This document shows positions 33,425 to 43,855 of a stretch of 64,000 nucleotides of DNA, piece after piece. Both the position numbers and the translations under genes were made by a program. The DNA is from an uncultured Synechococcaceae cyanobacterium. Lineage in GTDB: Bacteria > Cyanobacteriota > Cyanobacteriia > PCC-6307 > Cyanobiaceae. The DNA is taken from the NCBI GenBank assembly GCA_902578445.1, contig CACHDC010000002.1, positions 3,157 to 67,156 of the forward strand, read 5' to 3'. Under the pieces are notes generated by a model, which did no database searches, was not told where the DNA came from, and saw nothing but the letters and a program-made list of their open reading frames with translations. Positions within the stretch are counted from its first letter, which is position 1, and each line of letters begins with the position of its first letter.

Positions 33425-33475
33425 TCATCTAAATAATTTTCAAATTCATCTTACAATTTGAAAATTATTGGATGA
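33425..33475. repeat. Inverted repeat with 15-bp perfect arms in the eno-clpB divergent intergenic region
   Basis: AATAATTTTCAAATT (33432-33446), loop CATCTTAC, AATTTGAAAATTATT (33455-33469); extendable by TCATC/GATGA. Confidence 0.8.
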
Positions 33476-33535
33476 TTATTAATGCAGATCCTATTTAGAA
33501 TATTAATTAATAATCAACTATAGTTTTTATAGTTT

Positions 33536-36301
33536 ATGAGAGAAACACTTACATCCAGTCCTGAACTATTTAGCGATATTAGTTGGAATCTTCTTTTATT
33601 AGGGGAAGAAACCGCAAAAAAATGGGATCATAGCGAATTTAATATTGAACACATAATTCATACATTGTTCTCATCAAGTGAATTCTTTGCCTTCATTGAA
33701 AAATTATCAATCGACCAAGATACAGTTTTAGACATAACAGAAGATTTTTTAGAAGAGACACCAACAAATGAGTCAGATATTTTTACTATCGGAGAAGATT
33801 TAGAAATTTTATTAGATAACGCGAATCAGATTAAAACTCAATGGGGATCGAGATTAATAGAAATCCCTCATTTACTAATTGCTCTTGGAAGAGATTTAAG
33901 AATTGGAAATTATGTTTTTGAAGAAGGAAACCTTTCAATGGAAAAATTAGAGGAAGAATTAAAGTTTTTCCCAAATATTAATCAATCAAAAGATTCTTTT
34001 AATTATGGGAATGTAATTGAAATAAATAATCAATCTAATTTTGAATCAAACAACGAGACTAACGAGACTTTTGTAAAAGAAGAAAAATTTAAAAAAGCTA
34101 TTGTTCCATTACCAAAAAGTGAACTTCAAATTGAAACCAAAAAACAAGTTGGAAAAGATGAAAATGCTCTTTCAATTTATGGAAAAGATTTAACAGAATC
34201 AGCTAAAAAAGGGTTACTGGATCCCGTTTTAGGAAGAGAAAATGAGATCAATAATTTAATGAGGGTACTCTGCAGAAGAAACAAAAATAACCCTATACTT
34301 ATTGGCAATCCTGGAGTTGGTAAAACCTCAATTGCAAAGTTACTTGCTCAATTAATTGTAGACAAAAAAGTTCCTGATACTTTAAAGGACTTAAAAATTA
34401 TTTCACTTGACTTAGGTGCATTAGTCTCTGGGACTAAATTTAGAGGTCAACTAGAGGAAAGACTAAGCTTAATAATGCAAGAACTAAATAATCCAAACCA
34501 AGGAATGATCCTATTTATTGATGAAATTCACTCAATATTAAGTTCTGACAGATCTTCTACCGACATCAGTAATATCCTAAAACCTTTACTAGCTGAAGGA
34601 GAACTTAGATGTATCGGTACAACAACACCTGAGAAATTTCGTGAAACTATTGAAAAAGATCAGGCATTAAATAATTGCTTTCAAAAGATAACTGTTAATG
34701 AACCCTCAGTAGAATTAAGCGCAAAAATATTACAAGGGATAAAAAAGAAATATGAATCACATCATGGCATAAAAATTTCTGAAGAGGCTGTAAACTATTC
34801 TGCAAAATTGGCCGATAGATACATCAGCGATAAATGTCTCCCTGATAGTGCAATAGATTTAATTGATGAAGCAGCTGCACAGTTAAAAATCGAGTCTAAT
34901 AATATGCCTCAAATCATTCTCCAACAAGAAAACAAACTTCATACTATCGATGAAAAATTGAATAATTTGCAAGGAGACAATATCGAAGCTCAAGAAAAAC
35001 TATTGAATAATAAACAACAATCAGAGGCAAAATTGAACGTTCTTTTAGAAAATTGGAACAATTTACGTGAAGAAATGGAGGAATTATCCATTTTAATGAA
35101 AGAAGAAGATAAGCTAACCAAACAAATTAAAGATAAATCAAATCGCGAAATTGAAAATGATCTAGATTATTTAGAAAAGCTTGAAGAAGAGTTAAGTAAA
35201 ATAGAGAATGACATACAAAAACTTGAAGAGAACTTTACTAAAATAAAGAAAAATAGAAATTTCCCTTTTAAATATCAAGTTGAACCTGATGATATTGCAG
35301 ATGTTATATCGAAAATCACAGGTATTCCAATTTCTAAAGTAGTTTCAAATGAACGTAAGAAATTAGTCAATCTAGAAACAGAACTAAGTGAAAAAGTTAT
35401 TGGACAAGAAAAAGCCATAGAAGTTGTTTCTGCTGCAATTAGAAGAGCTCGAGTTGGTATGAAAAGTCCTAAAAGACCTATTGGATCTTTTTTATTTATG
35501 GGTCCTACTGGTGTTGGTAAAACAGAATTAGCAAAATCTCTTGCAACAGTTTTATTTGATGAAGAAGACGCACTTTTAAGATTAGACATGAGTGAATATA
35601 TGGAGAAAAATGCCGTAGCAAGACTTTTAGGAGCTCCCCCAGGTTATGTTGGTTATGAAGAGGGAGGTCAATTAACCGAAGCTGTAAGACGTAAACCCTA
35701 TTCAGTAATACTTCTTGACGAGATAGAAAAAGCTCATGCAGAAGTATTTAATATCCTTTTGCAAGTCTTAGATGAAGGAAGATTAACGGACTCTCAAGGA
35801 AGGACCGTAGATTTCAAAAATACGGTAATCATTATGACAAGTAACCTAGCTGGTAAATCTATATTGGAGTATTCACAAAAAATTTCTAAAAGTGAGGAAA
35901 AGTTAGAAAAAGATCAACAAACCCTAGATGATTCAATTAGTAATGCATTGTCTTCAATTTTTAGACCTGAATTTTTAAATAGAATTGACGAAGTGGTAAA
36001 GTTTGATCCACTATCTATTGATGAACTTCAAAAAATAATCATTCTACAAACAGAAGATTTAAAGAACCTGCTACTTGAGCAGAAAATAAATATCGCTATA
36101 GACAAAAAAGTTATCAACAAAATTGCAAACGATTCTTACGAACCTGAATATGGTGCTAGGCCACTTAGCAGGGAACTTAGAAGACAAATAGAAAATCCCT
36201 TGGCTGCAAAACTTTTAGAGGATAATTTCAAAAATAAAAAAAATATAACAATTAAACTTAACCCTACTAAAAAAGATGAGATCGTTTTCAAACCTAGCTG
36301 A
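33536..36301 (+). CDS. clpB: ClpB-like AAA+ chaperone (ClpB2 type)
   Basis: Two nucleotide-binding domains (GNPGVGKT and GPTGVGKT), coiled-coil middle domain, PPGYVGYEEGG and FRPEFLNRID. Confidence 0.92.
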   Translation: MRETLTSSPELFSDISWNLLLLGEETAKKWDHSEFNIEHIIHTLFSSSEFFAFIEKLSIDQDTVLDITEDFLEETPTNESDIFTIGEDLEILLDNANQIKTQWGSRLIEIPHLLIALGRDLRIGNYVFEEGNLSMEKLEEELKFFPNINQSKDSFNYGNVIEINNQSNFESNNETNETFVKEEKFKKAIVPLPKSELQIETKKQVGKDENALSIYGKDLTESAKKGLLDPVLGRENEINNLMRVLCRRNKNNPILIGNPGVGKTSIAKLLAQLIVDKKVPDTLKDLKIISLDLGALVSGTKFRGQLEERLSLIMQELNNPNQGMILFIDEIHSILSSDRSSTDISNILKPLLAEGELRCIGTTTPEKFRETIEKDQALNNCFQKITVNEPSVELSAKILQGIKKKYESHHGIKISEEAVNYSAKLADRYISDKCLPDSAIDLIDEAAAQLKIESNNMPQIILQQENKLHTIDEKLNNLQGDNIEAQEKLLNNKQQSEAKLNVLLENWNNLREEMEELSILMKEEDKLTKQIKDKSNREIENDLDYLEKLEEELSKIENDIQKLEENFTKIKKNRNFPFKYQVEPDDIADVISKITGIPISKVVSNERKKLVNLETELSEKVIGQEKAIEVVSAAIRRARVGMKSPKRPIGSFLFMGPTGVGKTELAKSLATVLFDEEDALLRLDMSEYMEKNAVARLLGAPPGYVGYEEGGQLTEAVRRKPYSVILLDEIEKAHAEVFNILLQVLDEGRLTDSQGRTVDFKNTVIIMTSNLAGKSILEYSQKISKSEEKLEKDQQTLDDSISNALSSIFRPEFLNRIDEVVKFDPLSIDELQKIIILQTEDLKNLLLEQKINIAIDKKVINKIANDSYEPEYGARPLSRELRRQIENPLAAKLLEDNFKNKKNITIKLNPTKKDEIVFKPS

Positions 36302-36362
36302 GGAGTAAATCAATAAGCTAAAATAAAAACTAAAGCATAAAGCTTAATTTCAAAAAAATTTT

Positions 36363-36605
36363 GTGACAAGTCCTACTACTAATAAAGAACCTCTTAAACA
36401 GGATTCTCCTGAAGTTGAAGAGCCTAAAAAAAAGAATAATTTTTTTAGATCTACCTACGATGAGCTTAAACTTGTCGTGTGGCCTAACAAACAACAACTT
36501 TTTAGCGAATCAGTAGCAGTTATAATTATGGTATCTTTTTCTGCTGCAGCCATTGCTTCTGTTAGCAGATTCTATGGATGGGCAGCCTCGCAAATTTTTG
36601 GTTGA
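36363..36605 (+). CDS. secE: Preprotein translocase subunit SecE
   Basis: ELKLVVWP plus a transmembrane helix; directly upstream of nusG. Confidence 0.93.
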   Translation: MTSPTTNKEPLKQDSPEVEEPKKKNNFFRSTYDELKLVVWPNKQQLFSESVAVIIMVSFSAAAIASVSRFYGWAASQIFG

Positions 36606-36656
36606 ATTATCTCCCGAATATCCATTAATAAAGATCTTAATTAAGCTTCCAGAAAA

Positions 36657-37268
36657 ATGAGTAATGAATTAACTACAAACCTTGCTTCTTCAAAAGCAAA
36701 TACAAGCATCGCAAGATGGTATGCAGTTCAAGTAGCATCAAGCTGTGAAAAAAAAGTAAAAGCGACTCTTGAGCAGAGATCGGTAACTTTAGGTGTTAAT
36801 AATAGAATCATTGAAATTGAAATTCCCCAAACTCCAGGAATTAAATTAAAAAAAGATGGAAGCAGACAAACTACTGAAGAAAAAGTTTTCCCAGGTTATG
36901 TCCTCGTAAGAATGATTTTGGATGAAGATACAATGATGGCTGTTAAAAGTACTCCAAATGTAATTAACTTTGTTGGTGCTGAAGACGGAAGAGGCAGCGG
37001 AAGATCGCGAGGTCACATCAAACCTCGACCATTATCAAGACAAGAAGTTAATAGAATCTTTAAGCGCGCATCAGAGAAAAAAGCTGTAATCAAATTAGAT
37101 ATTGAAGAAAAAGATAGAATCATTGTAACTAGCGGTCCATTCAAGGATTTCCAGGGAGAAGTTATAGAAGTTTCTGGAGAAAGAAATAAATTAAAAGCAT
37201 TACTTTCAATATTTGGGCGCGAGACTCCTGTAGAATTAGAATTCTCCCAAATCAATAAACAAAATTAA
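36657..37268 (+). CDS. nusG: Transcription factor NusG
   Basis: WYAVQV, FPGYVLV, KOW GPFKDF and FGRETPVEL motifs. Confidence 0.97.
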   Translation: MSNELTTNLASSKANTSIARWYAVQVASSCEKKVKATLEQRSVTLGVNNRIIEIEIPQTPGIKLKKDGSRQTTEEKVFPGYVLVRMILDEDTMMAVKSTPNVINFVGAEDGRGSGRSRGHIKPRPLSRQEVNRIFKRASEKKAVIKLDIEEKDRIIVTSGPFKDFQGEVIEVSGERNKLKALLSIFGRETPVELEFSQINKQN

Positions 37269-37335
37269 TTTCTAATTGTTCTTGTTTATCGAGTAAAATT
37301 ATGATTTTCTACTCCAGCTTAAATTCTCTAATCTA

Positions 37336-37761
37336 ATGGCAAAAAAAATTGTTGCAGTTATCAAGCTTGCTCTACAAGCAGGCAAAGCAAATCCTGCTCC
37401 TCCTGTAGGGCCAGCTTTAGGACAACATGGTGTCAATATCATGGCATTTTGCAAAGAATACAACGCAAGGACACAAGATAAAGCAGGTTTCGTAATTCCT
37501 GTAGAGATTTCTGTTTTTGAAGATAGAAGCTTTACTTTTATCACAAAAACACCTCCTGCTTCCGTCTTAATAACAAAAGCAGCTGGTATAGAGAAAGGTT
37601 CAGGTGAATCCGCAAAAGGCTCTGTTGGGAATATAAGTAAAGCTCAATTAGAAGAAATAGCCAAAACTAAGCTTCCTGATCTAAACTGTTCTAGTGTTGA
37701 ATCAGCAATGAAAGTAATTGAGGGTACTGCTCGTAATATGGGCGTCTCTATCACTGATTGA
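37336..37761 (+). CDS. rplK: 50S ribosomal protein L11
   Basis: [12 protein letters not shown] and GTARNMG motifs. Confidence 0.98.
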   Translation: MAKKIVAVIKLALQAGKANPAPPVGPALGQHGVNIMAFCKEYNARTQDKAGFVIPVEISVFEDRSFTFITKTPPASVLITKAAGIEKGSGESAKGSVGNISKAQLEEIAKTKLPDLNCSSVESAMKVIEGTARNMGVSITD

Positions 37762-37789
37762 GTTCAATACACAATTTCTCACTATTTAT

Positions 37790-37820
37790 AGGGGAGGTTA
37801 GTTAATAACCGTTTGCACCC
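37790..37820 (+). promoter_or_regulatory. Putative L1-binding autoregulatory mRNA structure upstream of rplA
   Basis: GGGGA-GGTTA(GTTAA)TAACC-GTTTGCA-CCC: an inner stem, an asymmetric internal loop and an outer GGG/CCC stem, 9 nt before the rplA ATG. Confidence 0.55.
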
Positions 37821-37829
37821 AATATTATT

Positions 37830-38537
37830 ATGAAAAAACTATCTAAAAGAATGGCGGCTCTATCAACAAAGATAGAAGATCGCATTTACGCACCACTTGA
37901 AGCTCTTAGTATTATCAAGGAAAATGCTAATGCAAAATTTGATGAAACTATTGAAGCACATATACGTCTAGGTATTGATCCAAAATATACTGATCAACAA
38001 TTAAGGACCACTGTTGCATTACCACATGGTACTGGCCAAAGCATCAAAATTGCAGTAATTACAAGCGGTGAAAATGTATCGAAAGCTAAGGCTGCTGGTG
38101 CAGATTTATTTGGCGAAGAAGATCTTGTAGAAAGCATCAATAAAGGAAATATGGAGTTTGACCTACTTATTGCAACTCCAGATATGATGCCAAAGGTTGC
38201 AAAATTAGGAAGAGTTTTAGGACCTAGAGGTTTAATGCCTAATCCTAAAGCTGGGACAGTAACTAATGACATTGCTAATGCAATAAAAGAATTCAAAGCC
38301 GGTAAACTCGAATTTAGAGCAGATAAGGCTGGAATCGTTCATGTCCGCTTTGGAAAAGCAAGTTTCACAAAAGAGGCTCTATTTGACAACTTAAAAACCT
38401 TACAAGAATCAATTGATAAAAATAAACCAAGTGGAGCTAAAGGAAAGTATTGGAAAACTTTTTATGTAACTTCAACAATGGGGCCTTCAGTTCAATTAGA
38501 CATAAATGCTGTACAAGATTACCAACCTGAAGGTTAA
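37830..38537 (+). CDS. rplA: 50S ribosomal protein L1
   Basis: [25 protein letters not shown] and STMGP motifs. Confidence 0.98.
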   Translation: MKKLSKRMAALSTKIEDRIYAPLEALSIIKENANAKFDETIEAHIRLGIDPKYTDQQLRTTVALPHGTGQSIKIAVITSGENVSKAKAAGADLFGEEDLVESINKGNMEFDLLIATPDMMPKVAKLGRVLGPRGLMPNPKAGTVTNDIANAIKEFKAGKLEFRADKAGIVHVRFGKASFTKEALFDNLKTLQESIDKNKPSGAKGKYWKTFYVTSTMGPSVQLDINAVQDYQPEG

Positions 38538-38547
38538 CGCTTTGTAG

Positions 38548-38700
38548 TATAATTTAAATTGCAATAATACGGCCAAAGAAAGTAGGTTGATTTAGTTATT
38601 CTAAATTTCTAATTCCTACCGAGGACTCGTCTTAAATTATTTCTTTTTGGATCTAATAAAAGCGGCCTCTTTAAAAGAACTTTGCCGCATTTCCTGCTCT
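38548..38700 (+). promoter_or_regulatory. rplJ promoter (-10 TATAAT) and L10 leader RNA
   Basis: TATAAT at 38548-38553; CCAAAGAAAGTAGG...CCTACCGAGG pairing typical of L10 leaders; second GCGGC/GCCGC stem at 38662-38688. Confidence 0.7.
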
Positions 38701-38727
38701 CCCTAAATTACGATCCAAAAAACATCA

Positions 38728-39255
38728 ATGGGCCGAACACTAGAGAATAAGCAAAAAATCGTTACTGAGATTAAATCTCTTTTAGACGACTCGGAAATGG
38801 CTGTGGTTCTTGACTATAAAGGTTTAACTATCAAAGAGATGTCAGATTTGCGATCTAGATTGCAAACAACTAATGGCATCTGCAAAGTTACTAAAAATTC
38901 ATTAATGCGCAAAGCTATTGATGGAGATAGTAATTGGAACGATCTTGAATCTTTACTGACCGGAACGAATGCTTTTGTGTTAATTAAAGAAGATGTTGGT
39001 GGTGCTGTAAAAGCAATCCAATCTTTTCAAAAAGACACCAAAAAATCCGAGACCAAAGGAGCTTTATTTGAAGGCAGACTTCTTAGCGATTCTGAAATAA
39101 AAGAAATTGCAAGTCTTCCATCTAAAGAAGTATTGATGGCAAAAATTGCTGGCGCTCTAAATGGCGTAGCAACAAAAATTGCGATCTCTATCAATGAAGT
39201 GCCTTCTGGACTTGCTAGATCACTTAAACAACATTCTGAAAAATCAGAATCTTAA
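38728..39255 (+). CDS. rplJ: 50S ribosomal protein L10
   Basis: DYKGLT, VTKNSL and LPSKE motifs; operon position. Confidence 0.97.
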   Translation: MGRTLENKQKIVTEIKSLLDDSEMAVVLDYKGLTIKEMSDLRSRLQTTNGICKVTKNSLMRKAIDGDSNWNDLESLLTGTNAFVLIKEDVGGAVKAIQSFQKDTKKSETKGALFEGRLLSDSEIKEIASLPSKEVLMAKIAGALNGVATKIAISINEVPSGLARSLKQHSEKSES

Positions 39256-39283
39256 ATCAAAACCCTAATTAACTTTTAAGAAA

Positions 39284-39679
39284 ATGTCCGCAAAAACTGA
39301 AGAAATTCTTGAATCATTAAAATCTTTATCACTTTTAGAAGCATCTGAGCTTGTAAAGCAAATTGAAGAGGCTTTTGGTGTATCTGCTGCAGCTTCTGCA
39401 GGTGTAGTAATGGCAGCTCCAGGAGCAGCTGGCGGTGACTCAGATGGTGGCGCTGCTGAAGAAAAAACTGAATTTGATGTAGTTCTCGAAAGCTTTGATG
39501 CAGCTGCAAAAATCAAAGTACTTAAGGTTGTAAGAAATGCAACTGGTCTAGGTCTTGGCGATGCAAAAGCACTTGTTGAATCTGCACCAAAAACAGTAAA
39601 AGAAGGAATTGCCAAAGCAGATGCTGAATCTTTAAAGAAAGAGATTGAAGAAGCTGGCGGTAAAGTTACACTTAAGTAA
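39284..39679 (+). CDS. rplL: 50S ribosomal protein L7/L12
   Basis: [19 protein letters not shown] and TGLGL motifs. Confidence 0.98.
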   Translation: MSAKTEEILESLKSLSLLEASELVKQIEEAFGVSAAASAGVVMAAPGAAGGDSDGGAAEEKTEFDVVLESFDAAAKIKVLKVVRNATGLGLGDAKALVESAPKTVKEGIAKADAESLKKEIEEAGGKVTLK

Positions 39680-39693
39680 GAGTACATTTTTTC

Positions 39694-39718
39694 AAGCCGA
39701 TAACCTTAATATCGGCTT
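39694..39718 (+). terminator. 9-bp hairpin after rplL (weak terminator or mRNA stabiliser; no U tract)
   Basis: AAGCCGATA-ACCTTAA-TATCGGCTT. Confidence 0.55.
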
Positions 39719-39726
39719 CAAAAATT

Positions 39727-40446
39727 ATGAATAGTGATAGTATTGCGATTGAAGCCGCAACAGATGGAGCCTGCAGTGGTAATCCAGGCCCAGGTGGATG
39801 GGGCGGTTTAATAATTTTTGAGGATAACAGCGAATTAGAAATAGGTGGTTCCGAGCAAAATACTACTAATAATAGAATGGAACTCACTGCGGCTATAAAA
39901 ACTCTTGAGAAATTAAAAACCTACAAATTAAAAGAGAACTTTAAACTAAGAACTGATAGTAAATATGTCATAGAGGGTTATACAAAATGGATTATTAATT
40001 GGAAGAAAAATGGATGGAAAACAAGTTCAGGAAAACCAGTTCAAAATCTTGATCTATGGCAAAAAATTGATCAATTAAGAATTAATGGCCTAATAATGGA
40101 ATATGTTAAAGGTCATAGCGGGGATAAACAAAATGATAGGGTTGATAAAATTGCAACTAATTACAGCAAAGGTATATCTATAGAAAGTAACTTAAAAAAA
40201 GTAGAATCCTCAGTTGATTTTTTTGAAAAAAATGCACCTGCAGAAATTCAGGAATTATTTTCCCGCAATGAATTAATTCAAAAATTTGCAGAAAAAAAGT
40301 ACCTGTTAAGTTCACCTGAACTAGACACCTTATTAGGTGATGAAAACCACTTAAAGATAAAACAATATTCACTTTTTGAATGGCGTAATTGGAGATTGAT
40401 TCCTAAAGATAAAAAATATTGGATAATAGAAAAAAAAGAAGCTTAA
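39727..40446 (+). CDS. rnhA: Ribonuclease HI with C-terminal extension
   Basis: [27 protein letters not shown] and VKGHSG motifs. Confidence 0.95.
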   Translation: MNSDSIAIEAATDGACSGNPGPGGWGGLIIFEDNSELEIGGSEQNTTNNRMELTAAIKTLEKLKTYKLKENFKLRTDSKYVIEGYTKWIINWKKNGWKTSSGKPVQNLDLWQKIDQLRINGLIMEYVKGHSGDKQNDRVDKIATNYSKGISIESNLKKVESSVDFFEKNAPAEIQELFSRNELIQKFAEKKYLLSSPELDTLLGDENHLKIKQYSLFEWRNWRLIPKDKKYWIIEKKEA

Positions 40447-40452
40447 TTTTTT

Positions 40453-41622
40453 ATGAGTGAACAGAAGGGGGGATTTAAAAATCTTTATAAAAACTTGATT
40501 ACCCCTGTATTAAAAAAAGACTCTGGAATTGATGCAGAATACTTAACAAATTTATCTCTTAGTCTCCTATCATTCAGTTCAAGAAAATATAATTGGCCTA
40601 TAGTATCTTCTATCTTAAAAAATCTAAATGAAGAATTTTCTGTAGTTGATAAAAGGTTAACTCAGAACATATGTGGAATAAATTTTTGTAATCCAATTGG
40701 TTTAGCTGCGGGTTTTGACAAAAATGGAAATGCCGCAAATATATGGAAAGATTTTGGTTTTGGATTTGCTGAGCTTGGTACAGTAACTAAATTTGCTCAG
40801 AATGGAAATCCCAAACCAAGGTTATTTAGATTGGCAGAAGAAGAAGCAGCATTAAATAGAATGGGTTTCAATAATAATGGCGCTGAAAATCTAGTTAAAA
40901 ACTTTGTCGAACAAGGTATTGAGTTTAAAAAAAACAGGGAGAATATTTGTTTAGGGATAAATTTCGGGAAGTCAAAAATTACAGGTTTATCACAAGCAAA
41001 AGATGATTATTTAACTTCTCTAAAATTATTAATTCCATATTGTGATTACGCAGCAATAAACGTTAGTTCTCCAAATACTGAAGGACTAAGAAAATTGCAA
41101 GATCCAATTCTTCTAAAAGAACTTCTGAGAGAAATTAAAAACTTACCTAATTGTCCACCATTATTTGTAAAAATTGCGCCAGATTTAGGCCTTAAAGATA
41201 TTGAAGATATTTGTCAATTAATAATCGAAGAAAACATCGATGGAATAATTGCTACAAACACCAGCATTGATAGATTAGGTCTTGAAAATAGAAAGATCAG
41301 GCAAACTGGATTATTACTCTCTCAAGAGAATGGAGGATTAAGTGGAAGGCCTCTCCAAAAAAAAGCAAATCAAATAATAAAACATATACATAATATTGAT
41401 AAAAAGATTATTTTAATTGGCGTTGGTGGAATAGATAGTCCTGAGTCAGCTTGGGAAAGAATTTGTTCTGGAGCATCATTAATTCAACTTTATACAGGAT
41501 GGATATATAAGGGTCCACAATTAGTACCAGATATACTTGAGGGAATTATAAAGCAACTCAACAACCATGAATTAACAAGTATAAAAGATGCAATTGGATC
41601 AGAGTTAAAATGGGTTGAATAA
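40453..41622 (+). CDS. pyrD: Quinone-dependent dihydroorotate dehydrogenase
   Basis: GLAAGFDKN, NVSSPNT, KIAPD and GGLSG motifs. Confidence 0.97.
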   Translation: MSEQKGGFKNLYKNLITPVLKKDSGIDAEYLTNLSLSLLSFSSRKYNWPIVSSILKNLNEEFSVVDKRLTQNICGINFCNPIGLAAGFDKNGNAANIWKDFGFGFAELGTVTKFAQNGNPKPRLFRLAEEEAALNRMGFNNNGAENLVKNFVEQGIEFKKNRENICLGINFGKSKITGLSQAKDDYLTSLKLLIPYCDYAAINVSSPNTEGLRKLQDPILLKELLREIKNLPNCPPLFVKIAPDLGLKDIEDICQLIIEENIDGIIATNTSIDRLGLENRKIRQTGLLLSQENGGLSGRPLQKKANQIIKHIHNIDKKIILIGVGGIDSPESAWERICSGASLIQLYTGWIYKGPQLVPDILEGIIKQLNNHELTSIKDAIGSELKWVE

Positions 41623-41631
41623 AATTAGAGA

Positions 41632-42753
41632 ATGAACAATGAACCTCATGATTACTCAAAGTTAGCCATGCAAGGATCAAAATTGAAGCACGGTGGAAAT
41701 GTATATGCAACTGCGAAAAAATTAAATTTATTACCCTCAGAAATCATTGATGCAAGTGCATCATTAGTACCCTTTGATCCCCCTCAGATACTAATAGATT
41801 CAATAAATGCGGAAATTAAAAATCTTGGCTTTAGATATTACCCAGAAAGAAACTTGAGTGATCTGAAAGAAATAATCGGCAAATTTCATGGGATAAATCC
41901 AGACAATATATTACCTGGAAATGGAGCTTCTGAATTAATAACCTGGGCAGGTTATGAAGCATCCAAATTCGGAATAAGTTGTATTCCTTCTCCATCATTT
42001 GTTGATTATGAAAGATCTTTAAATTGTTGGAATAGCAATTTCATACATTGCGAATTACCTAAAAACTGGAATGATATTTTTCCTCAATCATTTCCGCTTC
42101 ATCCAAAAGGTGATGTTATTTGGATAACAAATCCACATAACCCTACCGGACAATTATGGGAAAAGAATTCATTGGAGGAAGTTGTGAAAAAATATAAATT
42201 AGTTATCTGCGATGAAGCTTTCTTATCGATAACACCTAATGGAGACAAAGAATCTTTAATACCATTAACCAAAAGATTTGATAATTTATTAGTCTTGAGA
42301 AGCTTGACCAAAATCTTCAATATTCCTGGTCTTAGATTAGGTTACGTTATTGGCTCATCGAAAATACTAAAAGAATGGGAAATAAATAGAGATCCTTGGC
42401 CTTTAAATTCATTTTCTATTAAAGCCGGAATTGATCTACTAAGTAATAAGAAATTCTATGAACAGTGGACAAAACAGATTCACAGTTGGATAAATATAGA
42501 AAAAAAAAGAGTATTTGAAAAATTATCAAAAATAGAGAACCTTAAAGTTCATAACTCTTCAACCAACTTTTTTTTAATAGAAAGTAAAAAATCCTTGTCG
42601 CCTAATATAAAATACTTAGAAAATAAGGGAATATTGCTTAGAGAATGTACTTCATTTAGATTTCTGGATGAAAAGTGGGCAAGAATAAGTTTGCAGAGTA
42701 GGAAAAATAACACTCTTTTATGTAAAGAAATTCAGAATTCCTTTAAAAAATAA
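41632..42753 (+). CDS. PLP-dependent threonine-phosphate decarboxylase (CobD/CobC-like)
   Basis: HGGN, GNGASELI, NPHNPTG, DEAF and SLTKIFNIPGLRLGY motifs. Confidence 0.8.
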   Translation: MNNEPHDYSKLAMQGSKLKHGGNVYATAKKLNLLPSEIIDASASLVPFDPPQILIDSINAEIKNLGFRYYPERNLSDLKEIIGKFHGINPDNILPGNGASELITWAGYEASKFGISCIPSPSFVDYERSLNCWNSNFIHCELPKNWNDIFPQSFPLHPKGDVIWITNPHNPTGQLWEKNSLEEVVKKYKLVICDEAFLSITPNGDKESLIPLTKRFDNLLVLRSLTKIFNIPGLRLGYVIGSSKILKEWEINRDPWPLNSFSIKAGIDLLSNKKFYEQWTKQIHSWINIEKKRVFEKLSKIENLKVHNSSTNFFLIESKKSLSPNIKYLENKGILLRECTSFRFLDEKWARISLQSRKNNTLLCKEIQNSFKK

Positions 42754-43823
42754 TTAAAAAATTTCCTAATCTCAATTTTAGATTTGATTTTATTATTATT
42801 TTCCATATTCTTCTTCATAATATCTAAAATTTCATAGTAATATTTTCCGTTTTTTGATTTTCTCTTAAAAATTCTTTCTATAGTTTCTTCAAAAACTTCT
42901 TTAGAAATTTTACTTTGATTCATTAAAACTGATCCTCCACTTTCAGCAAGAATCATTGCATTTTTTTCCTGGTGATTATTTTTAGAATAAGGAAATGGAA
43001 TTAAAATTGAAGGTTTTTCAGTTTCTATAAGTTCATTTATTGTTCCTGCACCAGATCTCGATATTACAAGATCACAGTTTTGAATCAAAGCTGCGATTTC
43101 ATTAGTAAATTTCTTTTGAACATAATTATTGAAATTTTTTACATTAAAGGATTGTTGATTACATTCGCCAATAATATGAACTATCCGAAACTGTTTTTTC
43201 ATTAAAAATTCAAGAGATTCGTTAAGAATTTGATTTATAGCTTTTGCTCCTTGGCTACCTCCCATAACAATCAAAAGAGGTCCTTTTCCTTTTGGGACCC
43301 ATTCTGGCAAGGGATGGGATTTATAGAATTGATCTCTTAAAGGAGTCCCAGTGAAAATAGTTTTACAATTTCTTAAATAAGAATTTGTTTTCTTAAATCC
43401 TATAAAAACATAGTTACACAAAAAACCAAAATATTTCGTGACCATTCCTGGAATTAAATTTGATTCATGAATAATGACAGGTATCCTGAGTAGTTTTGAA
43501 GCAACAATAGTAGGGGCAGATATATAACCTCCAGTCGTAAAAACCAAGTTAATTTTTTTTTCTTTTAAGATCCTAATTATTTGGAAAGTTGACATTAAAA
43601 TTTTTATATATTGATAAAACAAAAAAATATTTTTTCTTGGTGTCTTTAAATTCAAAGTCTTCAAATTATATTTTTGGGGAATCAAATTTGCATCAAGTCT
43701 TTGCTTAATACCCAACCAATGAATATTCCACTCATCCTCCACCTCTTTAGAAACTGCTAAAGCTGGAAAAATATGGCCTCCTGTTCCACTAGCTGCAACT
43801 AATAAATTATTTTTTTTAGACAT
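42732..43823 (-). CDS. murG: Lipid II GlcNAc transferase MurG
   Basis: GTGGHIFP, GGYIS, GGSQGA, RSGA and HQEKNA motifs. Confidence 0.96.
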   Translation of the reverse strand: MSKKNNLLVAASGTGGHIFPALAVSKEVEDEWNIHWLGIKQRLDANLIPQKYNLKTLNLKTPRKNIFLFYQYIKILMSTFQIIRILKEKKINLVFTTGGYISAPTIVASKLLRIPVIIHESNLIPGMVTKYFGFLCNYVFIGFKKTNSYLRNCKTIFTGTPLRDQFYKSHPLPEWVPKGKGPLLIVMGGSQGAKAINQILNESLEFLMKKQFRIVHIIGECNQQSFNVKNFNNYVQKKFTNEIAALIQNCDLVISRSGAGTINELIETEKPSILIPFPYSKNNHQEKNAMILAESGGSVLMNQSKISKEVFEETIERIFKRKSKNGKYYYEILDIMKKNMENNNKIKSKIEIRKFFNYFLKEF

Positions 43824-43855
43824 AAAAACTTAAATTAGTAGAATGAAAATAATAA

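Noticed and set aside
39265-39687. 140-aa antisense ORF covering rplL
   Set aside because: Mirror frame of an Ala/Glu-rich highly expressed gene.
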